Positions 47,311 through 57,197 of a DNA stretch of 64,000 bases are shown here, piece by piece. Position 1 is the first letter of the stretch. The number at the start of each line of letters is the position of its first letter. Under the pieces are notes generated by a model. The model made no database searches. It saw only the letters and a program-made list of their open reading frames with translations, and had not been told where the DNA came from. A program made the translations under genes and the position numbers. Source of the stretch: Planctomycetota bacterium (GTDB lineage: Bacteria > Planctomycetota > MHYJ01 > JACQXL01); NCBI GenBank assembly GCA_043801445.1, contig JAZDMB010000032.1, positions 29,438 through 93,437 of the forward strand, read 5' to 3'.

Positions 47311-48708
47311 TTATGCAACCACAGTCTGGTTACGTCCTTTTTGTTTCGCTTTGTAGAGCGCTTTATCCGTTTTAGAAATAAGTTCCTTGAAATCATCCCC
47401 ATCATTAGGTTTGTATTCCGCTACACCCAAACTGATAGTTATTTTTATCTCCTCGCCGGTAGATAAAATAAATAGGTTGTTTTCTATTTTTCGACGCAGT
47501 CTTTCGGCAAAGGTTTCTGCCTGTGTCTTTGAGGTCTGGGGCAGGATAATGGCTATCTCTTCGCCTCCGTAGCGATACGCAGTTGAGGTCGCTCTCAGGG
47601 TCTGCTTTAATATCGATGCAATCTCCTTAAGCACCATATCGCCGGCCGGATGACCATAGGTGTCATTGACATTTTTAAAGTGGTCTATATCAAACATGAC
47701 CAGCGCTAAATCAGTCTTGTAACGTTTGCTGATTTCCATATATATGGGCAATTCATTAAAGAAATGGCGTTTGGTATAAAGGGAAATCAGGCTGTCGGTA
47801 ACGGCGCGGTTGTATAGCATCGGAGTTTTGACGGCTAAAGCCAGGACCCGGGCCAATTCCATCAGGTTATCCTGCAGATGCCGGATATCCTCTTCTTTCT
47901 GGTTGCCCGAGCGGATAGTTTTTATTTTGAGGACGCCGACCGATTCATGGTCTGCCATTAACGGAATAGTAAAATCTATTGTATCACCATTGGCACTGAA
48001 AAAAAGACGGTTGTGCTCCAACGCTTCATTAACATTGTGCCAATCTATGGTTCGCCCCGTTCCGGGTTCCCCGCCTGACCTTTCCAGTCGGGCAGGTCGC
48101 TCAGAGAACCCGCTCGTGCTATGCGGAGCGCTACGCAGAGCATAGTCAGGGTTCGTGGAGTCGGCTAATTCCTCTTCAAATATGGTATTATTGCCCTTGC
48201 GCTGCGCTTGCGGAATCAGTTTGCCCGAAATTTCGTCCTTCAGAAAGATAGTAATTTCGCCTCCTGCATCGCTACTTTTGCCATCAGAAGAACCGGGCCC
48301 GCCTGACCATGTGTCCAGTCGGGCAGGCATAAAATGGGCGATGACCTCTAATGATTTGCTGACGATATTCTGGAAATCAACATCGTGGGTAAGGATAAGA
48401 CTTATTTCACGCGTTGCGGAAAGCAAATCAATCCGCGATGAAAGCATCTTATTCTGACTGAAGAATTCTTCCTGATTTTTATCAGATACGACGACTTTGG
48501 TTTTAAGCGCTTTATTAAAATCTTTAAGAATAAAAACGGCAATAACCAGACCGACGCTATAAACAGCATTAAGGAATGCCAGAAAAACCAAGGGAGTCGA
48601 CAAGAAATCAATTGCTTTGTTTGTAGATAAGCAATAAACTAGCCAGAGCAGAATCGTGATGAGAGGAATAGTGACAAGAAGAATTATAATGAGTACCTGT
48701 TTGAGCAT
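47311..48708 (-). CDS. Membrane-anchored diguanylate cyclase (GGDEF, GGEEI active site) carrying two in-frame palindromic-element insertions
   Basis: N-terminal TM helices. C-terminal GGDEF domain with RYGGEEIAII and DTYGHPAGD. The central low-complexity stretch SGGPGSS...PARLERSGGEPGTGRT is encoded by elements at 48066-48098 and 48297-48327. Confidence 0.85.
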   Translation of the reverse strand: MLKQVLIIILLVTIPLITILLWLVYCLSTNKAIDFLSTPLVFLAFLNAVYSVGLVIAVFILKDFNKALKTKVVVSDKNQEEFFSQNKMLSSRIDLLSATREISLILTHDVDFQNIVSKSLEVIAHFMPARLDTWSGGPGSSDGKSSDAGGEITIFLKDEISGKLIPQAQRKGNNTIFEEELADSTNPDYALRSAPHSTSGFSERPARLERSGGEPGTGRTIDWHNVNEALEHNRLFFSANGDTIDFTIPLMADHESVGVLKIKTIRSGNQKEEDIRHLQDNLMELARVLALAVKTPMLYNRAVTDSLISLYTKRHFFNELPIYMEISKRYKTDLALVMFDIDHFKNVNDTYGHPAGDMVLKEIASILKQTLRATSTAYRYGGEEIAIILPQTSKTQAETFAERLRRKIENNLFILSTGEEIKITISLGVAEYKPNDGDDFKELISKTDKALYKAKQKGRNQTVVA

Positions 48709-48779
48709 TGGATTAACAGATTGGAACCACGAGATTTCACAAGATTAACACAGGGAATTTAATTAGCCACAGAGACACA

Positions 48780-48804
48780 CCTGCCCGACCATTCGGGCGG
48801 GGAG
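48780..48804. repeat. GC-rich palindromic element (intergenic, GGDEF to clpC)
   Basis: CCTGCCCGACcatTCGGGCGGGG. Confidence 0.75.
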
Positions 48805-48827
48805 TTCACAGAGAAATACGGTTTATT

Positions 48828-48900
48828 CATAAGGAGTCCAACCAAGTAGGTAAAGAAAACAGGAAATTCATTAATCTTGGATTCATGGGTTCCTTATAAT
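48828..48900. mobile_element. MITE-like element copy 3 (diverged)
   Basis: TCATAAGGAGTCCAACC...AATTCATTAATCTTGGATTCATGGGTTCCTTATAAT. Confidence 0.5.
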
Positions 48901-48950
48901 TATTCCGTCTCGGTGTTCTCCGTGCCTCTGCGGCTAATTTTTGTATTTCC

Positions 48951-51497
48951 CTAATTGCTTTTCTCTTCGGTTGCCTTACATATCATCGGCTCTTCATTAG
49001 TCTGGCAGGCTTCAAAATACAGGTGATTATCCTTAACTTTTATTTTGACCATATTAAATCCCTTGTATTCTTCTCTGAGTATCTGTTCTGAAAGGGGATC
49101 TTCTATCAATTTTTCTATGGTTCTCTTCAAGGGCCGCGCGCCGAAATCGGGATTATAACCCTGGTCAATCAGGTAAGTTATTGCTTCCGGTTCCAATAAG
49201 ATTGTCAGACCCCGCTCTTTAACCCGGGCAATCACCCTTTCCATCTCTATTTCTACTACCTGCTTTAAGTCGGCTTTAGTAAGAGACCTAAAAACGATAA
49301 TATCATCAAGCCGGTTAATAAATTCAGGCCTGAAATGTTTATCAACCTCTTTTAAGAGCATATTTTTCATTGTTTCATATGAAGTATCAACTGTTGATTT
49401 CTTGAAACCGAGCGAGGATTGGGTTTTAATCAAATCAGCGCCTATATTTGAGGTCATTATTAAGATAATATTTTTACAATCAATATGCCTGCCGAAACTA
49501 TCAGTCAACCTGCCTTCCTCCATTACCTGCAGGAGAACATTAAAAACATCGCTATGCGCCTTTTCTATTTCATCTAAAAGGACAACGGCATATGAGCGAT
49601 GCCTGATTTTTTCGGTGAGTTGGCCGCCTTCTTCATATCCGACATAACCGGGCGGAGCGCCGATAAGACGGGAGACATTATGCTTTTCCATATACTCGGA
49701 CATATCAATATGAATCAGGGTGTCTTCTTCTCCGAACATTACCTTGGCTAAGGCGCGGGCGAGCAAGGTCTTGCCGCAGCCGGTCGGTCCGATAAAGATA
49801 AATGAACCTATCGGACGCCTGGGATCTTTCAGTCCTGAACGGGAACGGCGGATTGCCTTGGCAATGGCATGAATCGCCTCATCCTGGCTGACCACTATTT
49901 TATGAAGTTCCTCCTCCATTTTCAAGAGCCGTTCGGCTTCTTTTTTCTCTAACCTTGAAAGAGGGATACCGGTCATTCGGGAAACCGTCTCGCTGATAAT
50001 ATTTTCATCAACCACGCCGGTTTTTTCGGTGTCCTTATTTTTCCATTCTTTAACGGCATCTTCTTTCTGTTTACGTGTTTTTTGTATCTTATCGCGTAAA
50101 GATGCGGCAAGTTCAAATTCCTGGCCTGCGATGGCGGCTTCTTTTTCCTTTTCCAACTGCCTGACTTGTTCTTCTAATTCTTTCAAATCCGGCGGTTTAA
50201 CATTGTCTTGTAATCTAATTCTGGCGCCGGCTTCATCCATAACATCTATGGCTTTATCGGGTAAGTATCTGCCGCTGATATATCTTTGTGAAAGTTCTAC
50301 GCAAGCCTTCAGGGCTTCTTCGGTATAAGTGACCCGGTGATGGGCTTCATATTTATCCCTGAGTCCTTTTAGTATTTTAAGGGTTTCTTCTTTATTGGGC
50401 GGGTCGACTATAATCGTCTGGAAACGACGCTCCAGAGCGCCGTCTTTTTCTATATACTTACGGTATTCATCCAGGGTTGTTGCGCCGATACATTGCATCT
50501 CGCCTCTGGAAAGGGCGGGCTTGAGGACATTAGAGGCATCTATTGCGCCTTCGGCGCCACCCGCACCGACTAAGGTATGAAGCTCATCGATAAATAAAAT
50601 TATATTCTTGCTCTTTCTCACCTCATTCATCACTGCCTTGATACGCTCCTCGAACTGGCCGCGATATTTAGTGCCGGCAACTATTAACGCTAAATCCAGA
50701 ATAATAATCCGTTTGTCTTTTAATAATTCAGGAATATTACCGCTGACGATATCCGTGGCCAGCCCTTCAACGATGGCTGTTTTACCGACACCGGCCTCGC
50801 CTAAAAGGACAGGATTATTCTTGGTTCTGCGGCAGAGCACCTGCAAAACCCGTTCAATTTCCAATCGGCGTCCGATAACAGGATCAAGTTGGTTGTTACG
50901 GGCAAGTTCGGTCATGTCTCTTCCGAATGCATCAAGAGCAGGGGTTTTGGAACGGCTGGCAGCTCCACGGGCGCCGGTTTTTCCGCCAGGGGCGGACCCG
51001 CCTTCGGCGTGGGCATGCGATTCTTCATGACTTTCATCCGGACCGGATGGGGGTAGCGCCCCGCCGCTCAGAATAGTCATAATTTCTTCACGCACTTCAT
51101 CTAACTTAACCCCTAAATTCACCAGAACACGGGCGGCGATGCCTTCTTCTTCCCGCAAAAGGCCTAAAAGCAGGTGTTCTGTCCCGATATAATCATGGCT
51201 GAGATTAATAGCCTCCTCGTGGGCGAATTCCAGCACTTTTTTTGCTCTTGGTGTAAAAGGTATCTGACCGGCGGCGGTTTGACGGGGTTCTGCCTGGACC
51301 ATTCGTTCCACCTCGTCAACTACCTTCTGGAAATCTATGCTTAAATTAAGTAAAGCCCTGGCCGCGACACCGGAACCCTCCTTTAATAAACCCAATAAAA
51401 TATGTTCTGTGCCGATGGCTTCGTGCGATAATCTCTGCGCTTCCATCCTTGCCAAACTCATTGTCTTGCGAGCACGGTCTGTATATTTATCAAACAT
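48951..51497 (-). CDS. clpC: ATP-dependent Clp protease ATP-binding subunit ClpC
   Basis: Two Clp_N repeats, UVR motif, two AAA+ modules ([15 protein letters not shown]; [15 protein letters not shown]). A low-complexity Gly/Ser/His linker insert lies between Clp_N and D1. Confidence 0.93.
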   Translation of the reverse strand: MFDKYTDRARKTMSLARMEAQRLSHEAIGTEHILLGLLKEGSGVAARALLNLSIDFQKVVDEVERMVQAEPRQTAAGQIPFTPRAKKVLEFAHEEAINLSHDYIGTEHLLLGLLREEEGIAARVLVNLGVKLDEVREEIMTILSGGALPPSGPDESHEESHAHAEGGSAPGGKTGARGAASRSKTPALDAFGRDMTELARNNQLDPVIGRRLEIERVLQVLCRRTKNNPVLLGEAGVGKTAIVEGLATDIVSGNIPELLKDKRIIILDLALIVAGTKYRGQFEERIKAVMNEVRKSKNIILFIDELHTLVGAGGAEGAIDASNVLKPALSRGEMQCIGATTLDEYRKYIEKDGALERRFQTIIVDPPNKEETLKILKGLRDKYEAHHRVTYTEEALKACVELSQRYISGRYLPDKAIDVMDEAGARIRLQDNVKPPDLKELEEQVRQLEKEKEAAIAGQEFELAASLRDKIQKTRKQKEDAVKEWKNKDTEKTGVVDENIISETVSRMTGIPLSRLEKKEAERLLKMEEELHKIVVSQDEAIHAIAKAIRRSRSGLKDPRRPIGSFIFIGPTGCGKTLLARALAKVMFGEEDTLIHIDMSEYMEKHNVSRLIGAPPGYVGYEEGGQLTEKIRHRSYAVVLLDEIEKAHSDVFNVLLQVMEEGRLTDSFGRHIDCKNIILIMTSNIGADLIKTQSSLGFKKSTVDTSYETMKNMLLKEVDKHFRPEFINRLDDIIVFRSLTKADLKQVVEIEMERVIARVKERGLTILLEPEAITYLIDQGYNPDFGARPLKRTIEKLIEDPLSEQILREEYKGFNMVKIKVKDNHLYFEACQTNEEPMICKATEEKSN

Positions 51498-51590
51498 AAA
51501 ATTTTATTCCTTTAAAGTAAATGTAAATATTAAAGTGTAAAAATCAAAATTGCTATTGTCAAGAGATTTTTGTTAGGTGGTAGGATAATT

Positions 51591-52175
51591 TTATCTTATC
51601 TGTCTAAAGTCAACCGGCTGATCATTAACATAAATCTGTTTTATCAAACCGAGACCGGATTTAGTTACTCTTATTTCTATTGATACATTTTTATTATTGC
51701 GTTCCCGTTCAATCATTCGGCCTTCTCCTTCAGGTACAAAGAATTCCTCTATGCCGTAGTCTATACCGATTAAACTATCCTTTGCGCCACTAGCGCTATG
51801 CGTAGCGCGCAGGGTATAGTCAGATGTTATGACCCGCCCTTTTAACCAAACTTCAGAATTATTCGTTGTATGAAATGATTTATCTATGGCGACCGCATTC
51901 CAAAATTTCTCACCCCTTTCCAATCGGACATAAACGGTATCCCAGCAAGATAAATTACCTGCTTTATTTTCTATTTTAGACAGGTTAATTGAGGAGATTT
52001 CATAACTGAGAATCACATAATCACCGCGCAGTAAATCGCGAGGGTCAACAGGCATTACTTTCAAAAGAACCGATACACCATTCGCTAATGCATAACGGTA
52101 ACGAACAAATATACCCAATAGGAATAAGACCTCCAGCAAGACTATAGCCCAAAATTTAATGGATTTTATCTTCAT
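51591..52175 (-). CDS. GDYXXLXY-domain protein
   Basis: N-terminal TM and the RGDYVILSYEI motif. Confidence 0.75.
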   Translation of the reverse strand: MKIKSIKFWAIVLLEVLFLLGIFVRYRYALANGVSVLLKVMPVDPRDLLRGDYVILSYEISSINLSKIENKAGNLSCWDTVYVRLERGEKFWNAVAIDKSFHTTNNSEVWLKGRVITSDYTLRATHSASGAKDSLIGIDYGIEEFFVPEGEGRMIERERNNKNVSIEIRVTKSGLGLIKQIYVNDQPVDFRQIR

Positions 52176-52224
52176 TTTTTTATCCCTTACGGGACTCTAT
52201 AAAATAGAATACCGTTAGGTATCG

Positions 52225-53703
52225 CTACCTACCCGCCTGACCGGTGTCAGTCGGGCAGGCATTACGCAGGCGTTGTAATAATTTACGGCGGAGTCGCTCC
52301 AGATAAAAACCGCCGACAAGTAGAATAATCCCGCCACCAATAAAGAATAAACTACGTTCCATCATCCCCCAGCCATATTCACAATAACGGGTAATGAGGT
52401 TAATCACAAAAAACACCAGCCCGATATAAATAAATGACGGTTCCGCATTAAAATAGCCCACCAAAATGGTTCCAATAATCAGAGCAAATGATACCATATT
52501 AAAAAGGATAGCGTAATAAGTTATTGCCGGCGAGTTGAAATACCACCGGGAATCAGCCATAATCTTTAAAGGATAATTAATAGTAAAAAACAAGAAGATG
52601 AGCAGAAAAACAAGGGAAAGCATCTCGTACCCCTCGGGGTACCGGTAACTAAAAGATTTGTTTCTGCTTTGACGGAATAAAATATTAACAAGCGCAATTA
52701 TCAGGGCAACCATACTTAATATCGTAAGACACCACAAAATATTGGGCATGGATTTTATGGGATGCTTGCTAAATTCATAAACAAAATCAGTGATAACCCC
52801 CTTGAATGATAAAATATAAAGAATAATAAGTATGGTTAGTATACCCAAAAGTTTATACCAAAAAGCAATTCTAATTGTCTTAAGGGAAAAATAATTGAGA
52901 TAACCCGCGACATAAACTAAAATCCCAAAAATAAAATACAGCACTACAAAAATAAGGTAACTACAATGAAAACTGGGGTCTGTTGATAAGAGCCAATTGG
53001 AAGCAAGAGTACCTAACCAGACTCCTACTCCTAATATATTTAAGACAATAACGAATGCTGAAAGACGGCGGTAACTAAATAAAAAGATTAATCCCATAAA
53101 AACAAGATAGTAGTATACCGGCTTTGTGAATTCGCTGACATATAAAACACTCCATGCGGTAAAAAGGACGGAAGATAATGCAAGGATTGGAATAAGTCCG
53201 CTTACCCAAGCCATCAGAAGAGTACCGATTCCCCAGAACATAATAGCATCCGGTAATTTCCCTCCTAAATGATAGATTTGAGATATTAAAAGAATGCCTG
53301 CACCGAAAATAATAGCGCCGAGAAAAATAAGAGATGCCCCTAAGGAGGGATAATTGCCTCGTTTATAACGCCAATAATAACCCAGAAAATATGAGCCGAT
53401 TAAAGAAACGAATATAGTTCCCAATTTGAGACTATTCGCCATCTTCACCCAGTTGGCGGCAAAAAAGATGATAATTCCTGCCCCTATCAGTAAGACGCCA
53501 AGAATAGTCAGAATCCGAATAAGTTTGCTATGAGTAGGCGAGCCACCAAGGGCGGTTTCTGCAAGAACATACCGCTGCCGCAAAACCTCAGCTTGCTTGT
53601 CATCAATCAGTTTTTCATCCTGCCAGTCTTTAAATTCGTCTAATAACCAGGTATAGAATTTTTTCGGATAAGACCTTTGTTTATTATTGGGCTGTTCTTT
53701 CAT
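52225..53703 (-). CDS. Polytopic membrane protein (DUF2157/DUF4401-like), partner of the GDYXXLXY protein
   Basis: About 12 TM helices, N-terminal cytoplasmic helix, conserved pairing with the GDYXXLXY gene. The last ~10 codons (NACPTDTGQAGR) lie in a palindromic element at 52231-52259. Confidence 0.7.
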   Translation of the reverse strand: MKEQPNNKQRSYPKKFYTWLLDEFKDWQDEKLIDDKQAEVLRQRYVLAETALGGSPTHSKLIRILTILGVLLIGAGIIIFFAANWVKMANSLKLGTIFVSLIGSYFLGYYWRYKRGNYPSLGASLIFLGAIIFGAGILLISQIYHLGGKLPDAIMFWGIGTLLMAWVSGLIPILALSSVLFTAWSVLYVSEFTKPVYYYLVFMGLIFLFSYRRLSAFVIVLNILGVGVWLGTLASNWLLSTDPSFHCSYLIFVVLYFIFGILVYVAGYLNYFSLKTIRIAFWYKLLGILTILIILYILSFKGVITDFVYEFSKHPIKSMPNILWCLTILSMVALIIALVNILFRQSRNKSFSYRYPEGYEMLSLVFLLIFLFFTINYPLKIMADSRWYFNSPAITYYAILFNMVSFALIIGTILVGYFNAEPSFIYIGLVFFVINLITRYCEYGWGMMERSLFFIGGGIILLVGGFYLERLRRKLLQRLRNACPTDTGQAGR

Positions 53704-53852
53704 AAATTAATAATCAATTGATTATCATTCTTATACGCCAGAGTCAATCTTTATAGAATATTTTAATTGACCGACTTGGTTAATCATAATAATATACAGT
53801 AAGCTGATTAAACACCCATACGGGCGCTAAATCATTTTATTCTTAAATTACA

Positions 53853-54614
53853 ATGAAATCAATCGCTATTGCTAATCAAAAGGGCGGGGTCGGTAAAACA
53901 ACCACAGCTATTAATCTTGGCTATTGTTTGGCGCTGGCTAATAAAAATACCCTGGTTATTGACCTTGACCCTCAAGCTAATGCTACCAGCGGTCTTGGAG
54001 TTACACCTGACAAGTTTTACGGTTCATACCAGATTTTATTAGAGGGTATTATTAAACCGGAATCAATCAAACAAACATCTTTTCATGCTAAATTATCAGT
54101 AATTCCAAGTTCACCGATAGTGGCATCACTTGAATATAAATTCGATAAGGGAGTTATAGTAAAAGAACGGCTTAAGAATATTTTGCTTTCGCTAAAAACC
54201 ACTTATGATTTTGTTCTTATTGATTGCCCTCCTTCTTTCGGCAATATTGCCATTAATGCGCTTAACGCCGCCGATTCAGTTATTATTCCTATACAATGCG
54301 AGTATTTTGCTATGGAGGGCCTAAGCCAGACTATAAGAATTATTAACACGGTTAAGTCAGAATCAAATCCATCGCTTTTTATTGCCGGTATTCTTTTAAC
54401 TATGTATGATAACTCTTTACAATATAACAGAGAAGTTGCTATAGAAATAAGAAAACATTTTACCGGTAAAGTATTTAAGACTATTATACCAAGAGATGTG
54501 ATTATATCTGAAGCGAGCAGTTTTGCTAAACCGGTACTGGAATATGACGTAACTTCAATAGGGACAAGTAGTTACGTAGAACTTACTCGTGAGATTTTGG
54601 GGTATAATAAATAA
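53853..54614 (+). CDS. parA: Chromosome partitioning ATPase ParA/Soj
   Basis: IANQKGGVGKTTTAINLG deviant Walker A; 253 aa. Confidence 0.93.
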   Translation: MKSIAIANQKGGVGKTTTAINLGYCLALANKNTLVIDLDPQANATSGLGVTPDKFYGSYQILLEGIIKPESIKQTSFHAKLSVIPSSPIVASLEYKFDKGVIVKERLKNILLSLKTTYDFVLIDCPPSFGNIAINALNAADSVIIPIQCEYFAMEGLSQTIRIINTVKSESNPSLFIAGILLTMYDNSLQYNREVAIEIRKHFTGKVFKTIIPRDVIISEASSFAKPVLEYDVTSIGTSSYVELTREILGYNK

Positions 54615-54625
54615 ATATTAGCTGT

Positions 54626-55702
54626 ATGGAAAAAAAGTTAGGCCGTGGTCTTGAAGAATTATTTAAGGATATAAATGTTGAGCAACCTCTTCCCGCCCAC
54701 GAAGACGAGGCTCACCTCCGACAACAGGTCGAACCTGCAAATAAACCTGTTATTATGCCTCATGAAATAACTCCTTCTCCAGAGGCGGATCCCCGCCTTA
54801 CAATCGGGCAGGCGCCTATGGCACAGGATAGCAAAAAGAAGACTGCATCAGAAAAAATAGAACGTTATTTATCCGAAACTGCAAGTGAAAATCTCCCTAC
54901 AGGTATTATGCTGTTGAAAACAGACCAACTTATCCCTAATCGTTTTCAGCCGCGCAAGTCATTTGATAGGGAATCATTAACTGAACTTATCGAATCAATC
55001 AAATCTGCCGGAGTTCTCCAGCCAATATTAGTGAGGCAATCCGGTAATTATTATGAAATCGTGGCAGGTGAAAGACGTTGGAGAGCATGCCTCGAACTTA
55101 AAATAGCCTCTGTCCCAGCGATTGTCAAAGAAGTAAATGACCAAAAGATGTTAGAATGGGCACTTATAGAAAACACCCAGCGAAAAGACCTTAATGCTAT
55201 TGAACGAGCTCGAGCGTATAAAGAATTAATGACATTTTTTAACCTTACTCAGGAAGAAATAGCTAAAAGGGTTGGTCTTGACCGCGCTACAGTCTCAAAT
55301 TTCATTAGACTGCTTGATCTTCCTAATGAAGTGCAGGATGAAGTTGCCAAGAAATCTATAACAACTACTCATGCCAGGAGCCTATTATCTATAAATGACC
55401 CTACCCTCCAAGTAAAACTCTGCCAGAGGATAAAAAGAGAGGGAATGTCAGTAAGACGTCTTGAATACATAATGAGATGGTTAAGAAGACGGAATATACC
55501 ACCTATAACCACCCCTCCATCATCTGCCGAACAACTTCATATAAGAGAGATAGAGGATAGGTTGAGGCGTAAGTTTAATACCAAGACCACTATATATACC
55601 ACTGATAATAAACAGGGTAAAATAATCATATCATTCTATTCTGTAGATGACTTTCAACGTATCCTTGATAAATTAGACCAAATACCTGATGTTTCTCAAT
55701 AG
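54626..55702 (+). CDS. parB: Chromosome partitioning protein ParB/Spo0J with an extended low-complexity N-terminal region
   Basis: LGRGLEELF start, ParB boxes (LIPNRFQPRK; VAGERRWRA), HTH, C-terminal dimerisation domain. About 80 extra N-terminal residues include a GC-rich palindrome at 54793-54826. Confidence 0.9.
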   Translation: MEKKLGRGLEELFKDINVEQPLPAHEDEAHLRQQVEPANKPVIMPHEITPSPEADPRLTIGQAPMAQDSKKKTASEKIERYLSETASENLPTGIMLLKTDQLIPNRFQPRKSFDRESLTELIESIKSAGVLQPILVRQSGNYYEIVAGERRWRACLELKIASVPAIVKEVNDQKMLEWALIENTQRKDLNAIERARAYKELMTFFNLTQEEIAKRVGLDRATVSNFIRLLDLPNEVQDEVAKKSITTTHARSLLSINDPTLQVKLCQRIKREGMSVRRLEYIMRWLRRRNIPPITTPPSSAEQLHIREIEDRLRRKFNTKTTIYTTDNKQGKIIISFYSVDDFQRILDKLDQIPDVSQ

Positions 55703-55831
55703 TTTCTCAAAATCAATTCTTAAAAACATTGTTTCTCGTGAAACATAGTCCCCTTATCTTGTATTCTATACTATGGCATAATAAGGTGCCTTATAGATAT
55801 GGTTATCAATGATTCTATGGTAGGCTATGAC

Positions 55832-56581
55832 CTATGTTTCTTCCTCAAATGGTCCCTTAGGAGCACCCTCAACAAATTGTCTTATAAAAGGGTCTTGGCT
55901 ATGCTGAAAATAATCAACGGTACCAGTTTGAACCATTTTCCCATGATAAAGTAAGACAATTCTATTTGCAACCATAAAGGTGCTATTCATATCATGGGTA
56001 ACTACAACCGAAGTGATATTCAATTTTTCGCGCAGGTTAATTATTAAATGGTTAATAACATTAGCCATAATGGGGTCAAGACCGGTAGTAGGCTCATCAT
56101 AAAGAATGATTTCCGGATATCTGACAACGGAACGAGCAAGGGCAACCCGTTTACGCATTCCTCCGCTTAATTCCGCAGGCATTAACTTCTCCGCTTCATG
56201 TAATCCAACTATTTCCAAAACTTCCCTGATACGCTTTTTTATGGTTTCTTCAGGTAATTCTTGGTGTTCTCTAAGAGGTAACCCAATATTTTCCCCTACT
56301 GTAAGAGAATTCAATAGGGCACTGCCTTGAAATAAGAATCCAAATTTCCTGCGAATAGCCGATAAAGCAGTATCATTATATTTGCTAATATCAACGCCAT
56401 CTATAATTATTCTACCTGAATCCGGTTGCATTAATCCGACCATTAGTTTCAATGTAACGCTTTTACCGGCACCGCTGCGTCCGATGATTGCAAAGGTCTC
56501 ACCTTTTTCTACCTTAAAAGTGATGCCGTTTAACACATCTTTATTACCTAATCTCTTTTTCACCTCTATAAATTCGATCAT
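55832..56581 (-). CDS. ABC transporter ATP-binding protein, MlaF-like
   Basis: GRSGAGKSV Walker A, LSGGMRKRVALARS signature, ILYDEPTTGLD Walker B. Confidence 0.85.
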   Translation of the reverse strand: MIEFIEVKKRLGNKDVLNGITFKVEKGETFAIIGRSGAGKSVTLKLMVGLMQPDSGRIIIDGVDISKYNDTALSAIRRKFGFLFQGSALLNSLTVGENIGLPLREHQELPEETIKKRIREVLEIVGLHEAEKLMPAELSGGMRKRVALARSVVRYPEIILYDEPTTGLDPIMANVINHLIINLREKLNITSVVVTHDMNSTFMVANRIVLLYHGKMVQTGTVDYFQHSQDPFIRQFVEGAPKGPFEEET

Positions 56582-56637
56582 AATTTAAGACTTATTAATG
56601 TTTGAAATATGACACAATCCATAACTTATGGGCTGGG

Positions 56638-57021
56638 TTACGCGGTTTTTCCTAATGTCATTTGAGAGTCCGAAGAAATATTCTCGGCAAGAATAGTTAC
56701 TTTTGTCACAGAAAAAGGATGTGATATCACTTCTATAAAACCATCTTTGACTAAATATGTGCCGGTAGAATTACCAAATCCTTTTTCCGCTTTAATACCA
56801 TCTTGATTAGTCTTGGGCGATAATTCTTTCTCGTTTTCTAAAGAAGCAATGTTCTCTGCTATATTAAAGGAAATTTTCCCGCTTCCCAAAGAACCTATAA
56901 ATGAGGCGTGTCCAGCCATCACACCCATATACCCTTCGTATGCGGGTATAATTAATGAGGATACTATCCCTTTAAATATTGTGTTTCCGGGAGTAATAAT
57001 TTCGAGCTCGAAAGACTTCAT
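56638..57021 (-). CDS. ATP synthase epsilon-like beta-sandwich protein (orphan; no C-terminal helical hairpin)
   Basis: LEIITPGNTIFKGIVSSLIIPAYEGYMGVMAGHASFIGSLGSGKISF and later DGFIEVISHPFSVTKVTILAENI follow the AtpC N-domain pattern (P..G..G....H..L, then G.vEV..n.VTvLAe). A ~35-aa insertion sits between them. Confidence 0.5.
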   Translation of the reverse strand: MKSFELEIITPGNTIFKGIVSSLIIPAYEGYMGVMAGHASFIGSLGSGKISFNIAENIASLENEKELSPKTNQDGIKAEKGFGNSTGTYLVKDGFIEVISHPFSVTKVTILAENISSDSQMTLGKTA

Positions 57022-57197
57022 AAATTAGAAATGAGTTTTTATTGTTATTAATTTTAAGATTATAAGCGTTGCGATTAAAAGGTCAAGAAAAATGGTATAC
57101 TATAACTTTTATGCCAAAAAGCTTTGACTCTTACAACGCTGATTTTTATAATCAATACCTAACCTTGTTTTTGCTTTAACAATTTGGAGATATACTT

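Noticed and set aside
50930-51075. GC-rich low-complexity insert in the clpC linker as another palindromic-element insertion
   Set aside because: The segment is GC- and Gly-rich, but I could not find the CCCGCCTGAC/GTCGGGCAGG arms. It is more likely an ordinary variable linker between Clp_N and the D1 AAA+ module.
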